Positions 47,598 to 49,520 of a DNA stretch of 49,520 nt are shown here, one piece after another; the stretch's first letter is position 1; every line of letters starts with the position of its first letter. The position numbers were made by a program, and so were the translations under genes. The notes beneath the pieces are model-generated. The model made no database searches, was not told where the DNA came from, and was given only the letters and a program-made list of their open reading frames with translations. The DNA comes from Candidatus Poribacteria bacterium. Its GTDB lineage: Bacteria > Poribacteria > WGA-4E > UBA9662. The stretch spans positions 1 through 49,520 of the forward strand of contig JAYGDX010000417.1 in NCBI GenBank assembly GCA_046582655.1, given 5' to 3'.

Positions 47598-49520
47598 ATG
47601 TCGGATCAACAACACATTTTCAAGTCGGGAGATAAATTCTCCAATTACTACGAAATTGATTCGTTTCTGGAGAAAAGCCATTCGAGTGCAGTCTATACAG
47701 CTAGAAATACTCGAATGAATCACCCGGTGACTATCAGGGTATTTTCGACGCAATTAGATTCGGAAGAAGAATTGGAAGTCTTTGAATTAGAAGCTCGTGC
47801 GCTCATTCGACTTAACCATCCCAATATTGTGCGCTTTTATCATTACGGTGTTTTTGATCAAATGCCATTCATCGTAATGGAGGATGTTGATGGCATATTT
47901 CTGCGTTCGAAAATTTCTGATAAAGCTCCCATGGCCATCGTAGACGCTTCCCGATTGGCAATACAAATTTGTAGCGGACTACAGTATGCACATAAGTTCA
48001 AAGGAGCTGATGGTGATCCCCAACCAATATATCACCAGGACCTCACACCCGAAAATATAATGTTGAATGCCCGTGATGTTGTTCGAATTACAGACTTTAG
48101 ACTGGCTCAAACAAGTTTTGGCATGGATAAGAACAATCCGTATATTGCGCCAGAACAGTTGAATGGAAATACCACAGCTTTAGACGAAAAGACAGACATC
48201 TATCTGCTTGGCTTGATTATATGTGAAATGTTGTCTGATAAAATCCCTTTTGCGAGGGATAATTTTGAAGAGCAACTTTTAGAAGAATCAGACTTGATTA
48301 AAACAACATCGCCCGCTGAGCTTCTGGTAGAAGTTAATGAAATCCTTCAAAAATGCCTAGCTGAAGACTCCGTTGATCGATATGATTCCATGGACGACCT
48401 AGGTATTGCATTAGGTTCACTCCAGCAAACAGCAGCGCTTATACAGAAAGCTACTAATTATGACGTTGACGAGAATTACGATCGAGCACTAGAAACTTGG
48501 AAAAAGGCTTCAAGTTATCTACCTAATAACCGAGAGATCCCTAAGCGCAGGATAGAAACTGAAGTAAAAAGCTTACTTCTCCAAGCGGAAAAACAGGAGG
48601 CTAGTGGTAATATCGCAGAAGCACTTGAAATATGGCGACACGTGTTGACCCTAGATTCTGAAAATGAAGCAGCACTTCACTCAATTGAATTTGGGAAACT
48701 CCATCTTGAAATTAATCAACTGCGTGAGACTATCGATCAGCAGCAGGACGAAATTCAAAAGGTTGCTTTGGCCAAAGAGGATGCTGACTTGGCCAAAGAG
48801 AATATTGAAAGAGACCTAATTTCTAAATCGGATCATGTTGACCGCCTTGAAGTGGACTTGGGGTCGTTCCCAGATCAAGTCCGAGAGCAGGAGGAAGAAA
48901 TTGAGCAGCTGACGCGAGCTAGAGAAGAATCTGGTTTGCTTGTTGAAAGATTACAGACTGAAATTGAGGCCCAAACACAACAAGTTCAAGAATTAACTGA
49001 TAGTCAGACCGAACTGGAGTCAGTTAGAGAAGAACTGGAAGCGCAATTAAATACCAACACTGAATTAATTTCTAAACTAGAAAATGATGTCGGAAATCGA
49101 ACGCAACAAGTTCAAGAATTAACTGATAGCCAGGCCGAACTGGAGTCAGCTAGAGAAGAACTGGAAGCGCAATTAAATACCAACACTGAATTGATTTCTA
49201 AACTAGAAAATGATGTCGAAAATCGAACGCAACAAGTTCAAGAATTAACTGATAGTCAAGCCGAACTGGAGTCAGCTAGAGAAGAACTGGAAGCGCAATT
49301 AAATATCAACACTGAATTGATTTCTAAACTAGAAAATGATGTCGAAAATCGAACGCAACAAGTTCAAGAATTAACTAATGACCAGGCCGAACTGGAGTCA
49401 GCTAGAGAAGAACTGGAAGCGCAATTAAATACCAACACTGAATTAATTTCTAAACTAGAAAATGATGTCGGAAATCGAACGCAACAAGTTCAAGAATTAA
49501 CTGATAGCCAGGCCGAACTG
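47598..49520 (+). CDS. Hanks-type Ser/Thr kinase-like (pseudokinase) domain, TPR-like helices and repetitive coiled coil; 3' end truncated by the window edge
   Basis: Absent from the ORF track because it has no stop. Manual translation from ATG 47598 is open for 641 codons: LNHPNIVRFY, FIVME, QICSGLQYAH, HQDLTPENIM, ITDFRLA, YIAPEQ, TDIYLLG, KCLA...DRY. Confidence 0.9.
   Translation, partial: MSDQQHIFKSGDKFSNYYEIDSFLEKSHSSAVYTARNTRMNHPVTIRVFSTQLDSEEELEVFELEARALIRLNHPNIVRFYHYGVFDQMPFIVMEDVDGIFLRSKISDKAPMAIVDASRLAIQICSGLQYAHKFKGADGDPQPIYHQDLTPENIMLNARDVVRITDFRLAQTSFGMDKNNPYIAPEQLNGNTTALDEKTDIYLLGLIICEMLSDKIPFARDNFEEQLLEESDLIKTTSPAELLVEVNEILQKCLAEDSVDRYDSMDDLGIALGSLQQTAALIQKATNYDVDENYDRALETWKKASSYLPNNREIPKRRIETEVKSLLLQAEKQEASGNIAEALEIWRHVLTLDSENEAALHSIEFGKLHLEINQLRETIDQQQDEIQKVALAKEDADLAKENIERDLISKSDHVDRLEVDLGSFPDQVREQEEEIEQLTRAREESGLLVERLQTEIEAQTQQVQELTDSQTELESVREELEAQLNTNTELISKLENDVGNRTQQVQELTDSQAELESAREELEAQLNTNTELISKLENDVENRTQQVQELTDSQAELESAREELEAQLNINTELISKLENDVENRTQQVQELTNDQAELESAREELEAQLNTNTELISKLENDVGNRTQQVQELTDSQAEL
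48978..49520 (+). repeat. 126-bp in-frame tandem repeat, at least 4.3 copies (42-aa unit QQVQELTDSQAELESAREELEAQLNTNTELISKLENDVENRT)
   Basis: Units start at 48978, 49104, 49230, 49356 and 49482; only a few substitutions between copies. Confidence 0.97.

Noticed and set aside
47313..47753. 146-aa minus-strand ORF
   Set aside because: Overlaps the start of the kinase-like gene on the opposite strand and has no recognisable features.
48978..49520. Regular repeats as a CRISPR array
   Set aside because: Units are contiguous 126-bp copies with no unique spacers, in frame within a coding sequence, and no cas genes are present.

Overview
Chromosomal (mostly core or metabolic) DNA from a moderately AT-rich diderm bacterium. 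The gene mix (BMC shell protein plus acylating aldehyde dehydrogenase, many TPR proteins, PhyH dioxygenase, several Gfo/Idh/MocA oxidoreductases, DUF4159/DUF4175, minCDE) suggests Candidatus Poribacteria; this is inference only. Recognisable genes are tsaE, lgt, comB, tRNA-Leu(CAA), a clpX-like ATPase, an ECF sigma/anti-sigma pair, rsmI, ileS (type 2), cysC, larA, minCDE and tlyA. I found no CRISPR array, prophage or intact transposase. The most notable signals are missed by the ORF track: (1) an apparent ribosome-mediated transcription attenuator in the ileS leader, with an Ile-rich reading frame, antiterminator and terminator but no in-frame ATG, in front of an IleRS2 that has GVHH in place of HIGH; (2) an open-ended ORF at 47598->49520 encoding a pseudokinase, TPR-like helices and a coiled coil built from near-identical 126-bp (42-aa) repeats; (3) an out-of-frame Gfo/Idh/MocA::pseB chimera at the left end; (4) a heavily decayed DUF4175-like pseudogene at 8253-9689; (5) a 121-bp MITE; (6) a two-gene BMC satellite locus embedded among envelope genes. 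All calls come from reading motifs by eye; no searches were run.
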